A stretch of DNA of 32,000 nucleotides from Zestosphaera tikiterensis (GTDB lineage Archaea > Thermoproteota > Thermoprotei_A > Sulfolobales > NBVN01). Made by a program: the position numbers and the translations under genes. Numbering within the stretch: position 1 is the stretch's first letter; every line of letters starts with the position of its first letter. The notes beneath the pieces were generated by a model. It made no database searches, was not told where the DNA came from, and saw only the letters and a list, made by a program, of their open reading frames with translations. Of this stretch, positions 8,296 to 16,216 are shown piece after piece. The stretch is from NCBI GenBank assembly GCA_003056265.1, contig NBVN01000004.1, positions 330,001-362,000 of the forward strand, given 5' to 3'.

Positions 8296-10371
8296 TTGGT
8301 GGCTGTAGTGCTCTTTGTAGTGGTTAGTGCTTTGCTAGCTATTGGGTACGCATTTTTCAACGCATATAGAGTTCTTCGAGCGCCGGAAGGCAGCGGTAAA
8401 ATGGTTGAAGTTCATAACTACATAAAGGAGGGCGCTAAAGCCTATCTAAAGAAGCAATATACAGTGATTTTAAGCATCGGTGCCGTCATAACTATACTGC
8501 TACTCTTCGTAGATTTAAAGATGGCCTTAAGCTATGTATTAGGAGCTCTTTCATCCACCGCAGCAGGATATGTAGGTATGTGGATTGCCGTGAATTCAAA
8601 CGTAAGAACTGCCTACACTGCTAAGGAGTATGGGTTAAATAAAGCGTTACGTCTAGCCTTCAGCGGAGGATTGGTGTTAGGGTTGATGACGGTAGGCTTA
8701 GGGACTTTACTCATAGCGCTGCAGTACCTAGGCTATGGGGGGACTCCAGACGCCATCCAAGCTATAATAGGCTATAGCTTTGGAGCTTCCTCAGTAGCTC
8801 TATTCGCTAGGGCTGGTGGAGGTATATACACTAAGGCGGCTGACATAGGTGCTGACCTCGTAGGTAAGGTGGAGGTAGGTATTCCTGAAGACGACCCGAG
8901 AAACCCTGGCGTAATAGCGGACAACGTAGGTGATAACGTAGGTGATGTCGCAGGTATGGGGGCGGACCTCTTCGAATCGTATGTGGGATCCATAATCTCC
9001 ACCATGATTATAGTTGCCACACAGTTAGTGGAGTCTTCAAAGTGGGTTAACTTAGCGTTAACGCCTTTAGTAGTGGCCAGTGCCGGAATACTAGCTTCTA
9101 TAGTAGCGTCTTTCTTCGTTAGAACTAAGGAAGGGGGTGACCCGTCAAGACCTTTAACGCTTGCGACCGTTATTTCGGCTGTGTTAATAGCTATTATCTC
9201 TACACCCATACTGTTGATTCTCTTAGGTCAGGATTTAGGCCTCTACGCTTCGATAGTAGTTATAGCTGGTTTGATTACCGGTGTGGTGACGGGGTTAACC
9301 AGCGATTATTTCACCAACGGTAAATACTCCCCAGTTAGGAAAGTAGCTAAGATGTCTGAAGCTGGGCCGGCATTAACGATCCTGACGGGTTACGCCTACG
9401 GACTTTTAAGCGTGTTCGCTCCAAGCGTTACTATAGCTATTGCGACGCTGGTCTCGTACTGGCTTTTATCAAGCTACGGAGGGTTCTGGTTCGGCATATA
9501 CGGCGTTGCTTTAGCTGCTGTTGGTATGTTATCACTTACTGGGGTGGTGGTGAGTGCTGACGCCTACGGTCCTATAACAGATAACGCTGCTGGGATAGCT
9601 GAGCAAGCAGGGCTTGGCGATGAAGTTAGGGAAATAACAGACAAGCTTGATGCCGCTGGGAATACCATGAAATCCGTATGTAAAGGGTTTGCTATAGGTT
9701 CAGCGGCTTTAACAGCCTTAGCTTTCATCGCTGCTTACGCAGCTTTAGTGCAGAAATACAGAGGGCTTGACATATCTAAGCTATTTGCTGAGTTAAGTGT
9801 TTTGGATGCTAAGCTAATCAGCGGGATGTTCGTAGGTGTTGTCATGCCAGCTTTATTCACAGCCCTCGTAGTGTTAGCGGTTAGTGACGCGGCATTTGTG
9901 TTGATTGAGGAGATTAGAAGGCAGTTCAAGGAGAAGCCAGGCATACTAGAGTTTAAAGATAAACCTGATTACGGTAAAGCCGTGGGGATAGTAACGACCT
10001 ACGCTATAAAGAAGCTCATCCTACCTGGGTTAGTAGCTATAATAGTTCCTGTGATAGTAGGCTTTACTTTAGGGCCTTACGGACTTGCTGGAATGTTATT
10101 AGCGGCGACTATATCGGGTTTGCTTCTAGGTCTCTTCCAAGGTAACGTAGGTAATACATGGGATAACGCTAAGAAATATATAGAGGCAGGTCATCACGGA
10201 GGTAAAGGAAGTGAAGCACATAAAGCAGCTGTTATAGGGGATACCGTAGGCGATCCAATGAAAGACGCTTCCGGACCTTCTATAAACATATTGATTAAAC
10301 TCATGAGTATAGTGTCTCTAGTCTTTGCCTACTATATCGTTCAATACAATCTACTAAACCTTATAGGATAA
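8296..10371 (+). CDS. hppA: membrane-bound H+-translocating pyrophosphatase
   Basis: [29 protein letters not shown] and GDTVGDP motifs, and multi-TM composition. GNTMKS (Lys after GNT) suggests the K+-independent subclass. Confidence 0.95.
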   Translation: MVAVVLFVVVSALLAIGYAFFNAYRVLRAPEGSGKMVEVHNYIKEGAKAYLKKQYTVILSIGAVITILLLFVDLKMALSYVLGALSSTAAGYVGMWIAVNSNVRTAYTAKEYGLNKALRLAFSGGLVLGLMTVGLGTLLIALQYLGYGGTPDAIQAIIGYSFGASSVALFARAGGGIYTKAADIGADLVGKVEVGIPEDDPRNPGVIADNVGDNVGDVAGMGADLFESYVGSIISTMIIVATQLVESSKWVNLALTPLVVASAGILASIVASFFVRTKEGGDPSRPLTLATVISAVLIAIISTPILLILLGQDLGLYASIVVIAGLITGVVTGLTSDYFTNGKYSPVRKVAKMSEAGPALTILTGYAYGLLSVFAPSVTIAIATLVSYWLLSSYGGFWFGIYGVALAAVGMLSLTGVVVSADAYGPITDNAAGIAEQAGLGDEVREITDKLDAAGNTMKSVCKGFAIGSAALTALAFIAAYAALVQKYRGLDISKLFAELSVLDAKLISGMFVGVVMPALFTALVVLAVSDAAFVLIEEIRRQFKEKPGILEFKDKPDYGKAVGIVTTYAIKKLILPGLVAIIVPVIVGFTLGPYGLAGMLLAATISGLLLGLFQGNVGNTWDNAKKYIEAGHHGGKGSEAHKAAVIGDTVGDPMKDASGPSINILIKLMSIVSLVFAYYIVQYNLLNLIG

Positions 10372-10385
10372 CGCGATGAAGTTAA

Positions 10386-10931
10386 CTAAATATCCAAACC
10401 TACGAGGTCCACAAACCCTTTTTTAAAGTAATGCTTAACTTCCTTCACCTCAGTAACTAAGTCGGCTAAATCCTTAATCGGCTTAGGTACGTACCTACCA
10501 GTAACGATAGCATGACGTCTAACGTCATTAGCGAACTTTCGTAAGATCTTAATCGCTGTCGCCTCATCTATTAAACCTAAGTGGGTAGCTAAACCCAACT
10601 CATCGAAAACCACCAATCTAGGTCTATATTTAAGCATGATTTTAGGGTATACGTACGTTAAGAATCCGTAACCTAAGGCCATGTTAATCGAGGCAATCTG
10701 ATCTCCTAAGTCGTTTGGGTTAATAAACTCTTTAGTTCCTACCTGATATATGAGTACTCGGTTTCTTAAGTATCCTTTGCTTAGATTTTTAAGGAGGGTT
10801 ATCTCACCGCTTTCGCCGTATTTCATAAACTGAACTATTAAAACTCTCCAACCCCTACCTAAAGTTCTAACTGCTGTACCAAACGCCGCCGTAGTTTTAC
10901 CTTTGCCTTTACCGTAGAAAACCAAAAGCAT
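10386..10931 (-). CDS. cobA: cob(I)yrinic acid a,c-diamide / corrinoid adenosyltransferase (CobA/CobO type)
   Basis: The N-terminal P-loop GKGKGKTTAAFG is characteristic of CobA/BtuR. The size of 181 aa fits. Confidence 0.85.
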   Translation of the reverse strand: MLLVFYGKGKGKTTAAFGTAVRTLGRGWRVLIVQFMKYGESGEITLLKNLSKGYLRNRVLIYQVGTKEFINPNDLGDQIASINMALGYGFLTYVYPKIMLKYRPRLVVFDELGLATHLGLIDEATAIKILRKFANDVRRHAIVTGRYVPKPIKDLADLVTEVKEVKHYFKKGFVDLVGLDI

Positions 10932-11002
10932 GGTTTTGCCCCAAGTAGATAGTAGCGGTGTTTCTTTTAAACATTAGGATGTAAAAATCAAAAGCATGGT
11001 TT

Positions 11003-12739
11003 TTAACCACCTAACTCTACAGCTTTAATAGCATGTAAACCCTCGAGAATTAGCTTCAGCTCATCGATATCCAACACGATACCCAACTCAGCACTTAAGT
11101 AATTCCTCAACTTTGACATGCTTAAAGGGTTTTGAGTGTATAGAATTATTAAGTTAGCTGCTGTTGAAGTCCATGCTTTATTGCTTAACTTAATTAAGCT
11201 ATGCTTAAGGTTCTCGTCGCTTACGCTTCGTAAGATCTTCCTGAAAGAAGGTATGCCTTTATCAGTAGCTTTAATTCTTACCTCACTAACTTCAACGTCT
11301 TCAGATCTTAAAGGCGATTCATAAGCTTTAGACCTAAGCTCCCGTAGATCCTTAACTCTTAAAACCTTAATTACGTCTAAACCGTTAATTAACTTCCTAT
11401 AGTTTAGGAATGCTGCTTTAACATACTCCGACCTCTGATTAAATGTTAAAGAAGCTTTTAACGCGGCATAACCCACCCTTAATGCTAGCTTAGGACTGAA
11501 CTTGTCGATTGTGTCTAAACTAGTGTGGTAGAATTTATCAGGCCAGTTAATTAACGACACCGCTGGAATACCGTAAACTATGTATGAGTCGTGGTCACTA
11601 CCCGCTTCGTAAGACCTTATGCTGAATTTAATCCCTTCTTTTGAAGAGCTGAAAAACCACGTATCGCTATATCTAAGAAGGACCTCATAAAATATTGCGT
11701 ATGTATGAGCTTCAAAGCTACTTAGTAGGGCTATAGGCGATCGAATAAAGTAAAGGGTCGACTTCGTTAGCGATTGCTTCTCTCCAATCATGTCGAGGTT
11801 TATAGCGCCAATTACTTTTACTTGCCTTTCAGCTAAAGCTTTGATTAAGGGTAAGCTACCGTAGTGCTCAGGAACCCATATAAACCTCATCACATTTCTT
11901 AAGCGAGGTTTAAGGTTTTTAACTGCCCTCCCTAACACCTCACTTAAAATCAGTAGGGTTGATGCCCCGCTTACGTTATCATTAACTGTATGTCTAGGAT
12001 GGCAGTAGTGAGCTATTAAATGCACTTCATTAACGTTATCTTCCCCAACGGAGGCTGTAACAACCCTTAACGGATATGGTTCTGTAAATGAAGACTTAAC
12101 GAACCCCTTCACCTTAACTTTAACGCCGTTGTCTAAAGCGTTAATTAACCTCTCAGCATCGCCTCTGGAGATACTTAACGCCGGTGCTTTAAGCTTACTT
12201 AAATCCTCCGGTGAGGGGAATAAGCCCACGTAAGGAACGGCGTTTTTAGGCGCGTCTCTCCTGAAGATTAAGACCGCCTTAGCCCCTTTATCTACTAAGT
12301 TCAAGTACGTTTCAAAGCTTCTGTTGTACGTTAAAGCTACGTCAACATCGTCTGGTACTCGAGTTCCGTCACCGACGTATGTTACCGTCCCTTCAAACTC
12401 ACCTGGAGGTGAGTGAGCTACTACAGCTGTGCCTTCCCGCCTAAATGAGGATAAGACTTTCTTGAAAGGCTCTACAACTCTAACCTCCCCATCCTCTATC
12501 TCCCAACCAATTAACGAAGTCAGCCAGTTGTGAGGTTGTGTGTAGCTGAAGTTGAAAACCTCAACATTAAGGCCTGAATCCTCTACCTTATCTCTTATAT
12601 AGTTACTTGCTTCAACTAAATATTTGGTTCCTTGAATTCTATGGTAAGCGGATATGTTGACGGCTTCCTTAACGAGGTCTGAAGGGTTTAAAGCTGCTTT
12701 AACTTCGTTTAACAATGAAGTAAGGGACATTACAAACAA
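11003..12739 (-). CDS. M28-family aminopeptidase-like protein (DUF4910-type)
   Basis: The HYCHPRHTVNDNVSGASTLL metal-site region is typical of M28/DUF4910 proteins. There is a C-terminal winged-helix-like extension. The family call is from memory. Confidence 0.65.
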   Translation of the reverse strand: MFVMSLTSLLNEVKAALNPSDLVKEAVNISAYHRIQGTKYLVEASNYIRDKVEDSGLNVEVFNFSYTQPHNWLTSLIGWEIEDGEVRVVEPFKKVLSSFRREGTAVVAHSPPGEFEGTVTYVGDGTRVPDDVDVALTYNRSFETYLNLVDKGAKAVLIFRRDAPKNAVPYVGLFPSPEDLSKLKAPALSISRGDAERLINALDNGVKVKVKGFVKSSFTEPYPLRVVTASVGEDNVNEVHLIAHYCHPRHTVNDNVSGASTLLILSEVLGRAVKNLKPRLRNVMRFIWVPEHYGSLPLIKALAERQVKVIGAINLDMIGEKQSLTKSTLYFIRSPIALLSSFEAHTYAIFYEVLLRYSDTWFFSSSKEGIKFSIRSYEAGSDHDSYIVYGIPAVSLINWPDKFYHTSLDTIDKFSPKLALRVGYAALKASLTFNQRSEYVKAAFLNYRKLINGLDVIKVLRVKDLRELRSKAYESPLRSEDVEVSEVRIKATDKGIPSFRKILRSVSDENLKHSLIKLSNKAWTSTAANLIILYTQNPLSMSKLRNYLSAELGIVLDIDELKLILEGLHAIKAVELGG

Positions 12740-12742
12740 TCC

Positions 12743-12943
12743 TCAGAGGTCTATACCTACCTTTTTAGAGAAATCAAATATAGTTAAAGAAACGACTCGA
12801 TTGTTTTTTATCCTAACTACAACATTACTTTCCGTAAGTATTGATTCGTCCGCATCTTCTACGTCGTAGCCAAAGTTTATGTATAGAATGTCTGTTTGCT
12901 TATCGTACTCAAGCCATATATGCTCCACATCACCTATTAACAA
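12743..12943 (-). CDS. DUF2283-family small protein
   Basis: EYDKQTDILYINFG...VVSLTIFDFS matches the DUF2283 pattern. The start is uncertain (TTG 12943 or GTG 12928). Confidence 0.6.
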   Translation of the reverse strand: MLIGDVEHIWLEYDKQTDILYINFGYDVEDADESILTESNVVVRIKNNRVVSLTIFDFSKKVGIDL

Positions 12944-13007
12944 ACTTTTAATTTTGTCGACCTCTTCACTCGTGAAACATCACCGTGTTTTAATCTTCAT
13001 TAAAACG

Positions 13008-13015
13008 TTTTAAAT
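13008..13015 (+). promoter_or_regulatory. TATA box (TTTTAAAT) upstream of the 45-codon Cys-rich ORF
   Basis: 33 nt upstream of the ATG at 13048, with GGTGAGAG between the box and the ATG. Confidence 0.35.
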
Positions 13016-13047
13016 TCGTATTACATGGTAAGGGCTGGTGAGAGTAA

Positions 13048-13185
13048 ATGGCGGGTGCGAAGGCTAAGTCGTCTGTTAAGTGTGAAGAATATTGTAGCGA
13101 GTTTTGCGAAGGTAAAGTCGGTGAAGAGCTAGAGCTTTGCTTAGGCTCATGCTTAAGGTTTTGCCTAGCTGCGTTTTCAGACTAA
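13048..13185 (+). CDS. 45-aa cysteine-rich miniprotein (twin CX3CX3C), not in the ORF track
   Basis: Hand translation gives MAGAKAKSSVKCEEYCSEFCEGKVGEELELCLGSCLRFCLAAFSD. ATG with a GGTGA 7 nt upstream, a TATA-like box, and a TAA stop at 13183-13185. Confidence 0.45.
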   Translation: MAGAKAKSSVKCEEYCSEFCEGKVGEELELCLGSCLRFCLAAFSD

Positions 13186-13213
13186 CGTCTGCGTGTGTCA
13201 ACGTTAGAAGTTG

Positions 13214-14464
13214 TTAAGTTCCTACACTCCACGAAGTTAAGTATTTGATTTGTTCTTCAGTAAGACTGTCTATCTCAACACCCATGGACTTAAGCTTTAA
13301 CTTAGCTATCATCTCATCTATTTGTCTCGGTAACGTATACACGCGTTTTTCAAGGTTGTTTCTACGCTCTTTAATGTAGAGAGTTGCTAAAGCTTGATTT
13401 GAAAAACTCATATCCATTACTTCGCTTGGATGTCCCTCAGCAGCAACCAAATTAACTAACCTACCTTCAGCTAGGACGTAGACCCTCCTCCCGTTGATTA
13501 AAGTATATTCCTCAACGTAGTTACTTAACCTCCTCTTATGCTTAGCAATCCTTTGTAGATCTTCAAGGTTTATCTCGACGTTGAAGTGTCCCGCGTTGGC
13601 TAATATAGCTCCATCTTTCATCTGGAGGATATGTTCTTCCCTGATAACGTTTATATTTCCTGTTGCTGTGACGAATATATCCCCTACCTTGCTGGCCTCA
13701 CTCATGGGCATTACGTTATAGCCGTCCATGACAGCTTCTAAAGCTTTTACTGGATCTACTTCAGTAACGATTACCCTAGCGCCCATCCCCCTAGCTCTCA
13801 TGGCGATGCCCTTACCTACCCATCCATAACCCGCAACGACGAAGACCTTACCAGCCAGTAATACGTTAGTAGCTCTGAGGATGCCATCTATAGTTGACTG
13901 ACCTGTGCCGTATCTGTTATCAAACATGAACTTAGTTAATGAGTCGTTAACGGCTATTACCGGATAAGCTAACCTCCCCTCGTTTTCAAGCGCTCTTAAT
14001 CTAATAACGCCTGTAGTCGTTTCCTCCGTACCACCCCACAGTTCGTTGGCGTAGATTGCCCCTTCACTATGTAGGTAAGCATGTAGATCAGCGCCGTCAT
14101 CCAAGACTATATTAGGTCTAACGCTAGCTACCTCAGCTATACATTGGTAATACTCCTCCTTAGTTTGACCTCTCCAAGCACAAACCTCGATGCCTTCATG
14201 AACTAACGCGGCCGCCACATCATCCTGAGTGGAGAGGGGGTTACTCCCAGCTAACCATACAGCAGCCCCCCAAGCCTTCAACGTTAAAACTAAAACCGCC
14301 GTTTCTTTAGTTACGTGTAAAACCGCCGAAACCTTCACGCCCTCAAGAGGTTTTTCAGCGGAACGTTCTCTCCTAAGCATAGTTAAGACAGGCATGTGTT
14401 TTTCAGCCCAATCTATCCGCTTAAGCCCCTCCTCCCAAAGAGCTGGGTTAGCGATTTTAGACAC
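13214..14464 (-). CDS. ahcY: S-adenosyl-L-homocysteine hydrolase
   Basis: NAD-binding [10 protein letters not shown], substrate-domain motifs ([17 protein letters not shown]), 416 aa. Confidence 0.95.
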   Translation of the reverse strand: MSKIANPALWEEGLKRIDWAEKHMPVLTMLRRERSAEKPLEGVKVSAVLHVTKETAVLVLTLKAWGAAVWLAGSNPLSTQDDVAAALVHEGIEVCAWRGQTKEEYYQCIAEVASVRPNIVLDDGADLHAYLHSEGAIYANELWGGTEETTTGVIRLRALENEGRLAYPVIAVNDSLTKFMFDNRYGTGQSTIDGILRATNVLLAGKVFVVAGYGWVGKGIAMRARGMGARVIVTEVDPVKALEAVMDGYNVMPMSEASKVGDIFVTATGNINVIREEHILQMKDGAILANAGHFNVEINLEDLQRIAKHKRRLSNYVEEYTLINGRRVYVLAEGRLVNLVAAEGHPSEVMDMSFSNQALATLYIKERRNNLEKRVYTLPRQIDEMIAKLKLKSMGVEIDSLTEEQIKYLTSWSVGT

Positions 14465-14520
14465 TTAACGCACCGTATATGTGATGTTACACGTGTTTAA
14501 AACCTTTAACTTATCGTATT

Positions 14521-16146
14521 TTGCCTAAATTATTTAAACGTAAATATTTAACTCGAGAGAGTTATTTATTTGTGGATGTGCGTACCTCCGACTCTGAGGT
14601 AAATGATGATGCCCAGCGGTGGCGAAACGATTTGATTAGAAACCAGGTGTTTAAGCCTTTAAGAAGTGGAGGTGTTTTTAAGGTTTTAACAGTTTTTTTA
14701 ATACTTGCCCTAGCTTTAACGTATTCGTTCTTTGTATATAGGTATGTATCCAACATTAACGACTATATATCTGACGAGTGTTGGTACGTTAGTTCTGCTA
14801 GGAATATACTAAGCAAATATTTCGGATTAACCCCTCGTTTCGAGGGGGATGAGGTTCTGGTAACTGTAGAGTTGACTAAGTATCTAGTGAGGGAGAGTTA
14901 CTACTCTGAAGTGCGGGAGTTAAAGAGTTACGTAGCTGGTATAGGTGGTGCAATCATTAAAGATGAAAACTACTACCAATTTAAAGATGACGGGAAGTAC
15001 TTACCTGCAATATGTGTTAAGCTAAATCGTTCCCAAATACCTAACATCACTAAACTTCCTTACGTAGTTAATGTTGCTATGGGTTATTGCTACCCAACAG
15101 CTGAGAACATATTAAACTACCTAAACTTCGAACACCCACCTCTCGTTAAGTACTTAATAGCTTTAGCTATGGCTACGGTTGGAGACGAACCGGGGGTTTG
15201 GAGGATACCTTCGATAATTGCCGGCGCTTTAACTTTAGCGTTCGTCGTTTTAACAATCAAGAAAGTCGTTGGTAACACGTCTTGGATTTACGTAGGTATG
15301 GCGGCAGCTGTGATAACGGCGTTAGACCCCACGTTTAGATCTATGTCTATGGTTGCTATGCTAGATATCTTCGTTGCTTTATTCACGATACTAACGCTTT
15401 ACTTCACGCTCTCGAATTCCTTAATTGGTACATCAGTAGCGTTGGGCTTGGGGATCGCCAGTAAGTTAAATGCTGCTTTTGCTGGCGTACCAGCGGTTTT
15501 AGTCTGGGTTAATAAGGAGAAACCAGCTAAAGCTCTACTATATCTAATATACATACCTATAGCGTTATTTCTAATGTTTAACATACCGTTTATAGTTAAA
15601 GACGGTTTCTTAAATTGGTGGGGTTCTAGCGTAGAAGGCGCTATAAGATGGCATCTAAGCGTTAAAACTACTGAAGGCCCCCCGCAATCCATGCCTTGGG
15701 AATGGTTAATAGGTAGAAATCCATTCGTGCTTCATTACGTATACGACCCAAACTCGGGTCAGTGGGTTGCTGACATTATAGCGTCTGGTAATCCAGTGCT
15801 GTATCTACTAACTGTAGCGCTCTCGATATTTATACTACCGTCAATTAAAGACCTGCCGGACAAAGGACTTACGTACATCTTCACATGGGTTACGTACCTT
15901 ATGTACATAGTTATGTGGGTAGCTGGTGGTAAAACGCAGTATAGTTTCTACTCGGTACAGGTAGTCCCCCTAATCTACACCTTACTTCTTGAGTTGATAT
16001 ACTATCTACTGAGTTCTACGGCGAATATAAGGAAAGCTGTCGAGAACTGGGTTAAAGTATTTAAGGTAATTAGCGATTGGTTGGCCGGTAAAGTTAAGAT
16101 AAGTGTTAAAGTGGTTGTTCAGGATCGATGTGATGGCATGGTTTGA
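14521..16146 (+). CDS. GT39/PMT_2-type (GT-C) dolichyl-phosphate-dependent glycosyltransferase
   Basis: DE motif after TM1 (ISDECWY), the FEHPPLVKYL signature and many TM helices. The TTG start at 14521 is uncertain. Confidence 0.8.
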   Translation: MPKLFKRKYLTRESYLFVDVRTSDSEVNDDAQRWRNDLIRNQVFKPLRSGGVFKVLTVFLILALALTYSFFVYRYVSNINDYISDECWYVSSARNILSKYFGLTPRFEGDEVLVTVELTKYLVRESYYSEVRELKSYVAGIGGAIIKDENYYQFKDDGKYLPAICVKLNRSQIPNITKLPYVVNVAMGYCYPTAENILNYLNFEHPPLVKYLIALAMATVGDEPGVWRIPSIIAGALTLAFVVLTIKKVVGNTSWIYVGMAAAVITALDPTFRSMSMVAMLDIFVALFTILTLYFTLSNSLIGTSVALGLGIASKLNAAFAGVPAVLVWVNKEKPAKALLYLIYIPIALFLMFNIPFIVKDGFLNWWGSSVEGAIRWHLSVKTTEGPPQSMPWEWLIGRNPFVLHYVYDPNSGQWVADIIASGNPVLYLLTVALSIFILPSIKDLPDKGLTYIFTWVTYLMYIVMWVAGGKTQYSFYSVQVVPLIYTLLLELIYYLLSSTANIRKAVENWVKVFKVISDWLAGKVKISVKVVVQDRCDGMV

Positions 16147-16216
16147 AGTCGTTTTTATTATTTTATGTATAGTCGTAAAATTAAGTTTTTATTTTTGAGT
16201 TTAAGTCGTTTATGAG

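Noticed and set aside
8772-9209. Long antisense or alternative-frame ORFs opposite confident genes: 205-435, 695-961, 4151-4336, 5409-5597, 5786-6034, 7135-7440, 7465-7659, 8772-9209, 9735-9944, 11136-11324, 12654-12869, 14229-14468, 14562-14756, 15399-15692, 17851-18246, 19670-20035, 20344-20589, 21274-21708, 23189-23485, 24142-24444, 24868-25167, 25378-25572, 25885-26328, 27071-27268, 27515-27715, 29917-30141, 31011-31199.
   Set aside because: Each lies fully within a gene whose product has clear family motifs on the other strand or frame. Their translations are low-complexity and Ser/Leu/Thr-rich, typical of shadow ORFs. None has its own promoter-like context.
14594-14609. CTGA-ggtaa-ATGATGA (a D'/C'-like arrangement) in the 5' part of the glycosyltransferase ORF.
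   Set aside because: It lies inside an open reading frame. The flanking C box (GTGGATG) and D box (GCGA) are both degenerate. It is more simply explained as codons (SEVNDDA).
16146-16211. Repeated AAGTCGTTT (16146-16154 and 16203-16211) plus TAGTCGTAAAA (16170-16180) between the glycosyltransferase and ppdK.
   Set aside because: These are short 9-nt repeats in an AT-rich terminator/promoter spacer (T-runs and the TTTTTATTTTT box). A regulator-binding site is possible, but the match is too short to distinguish from chance.
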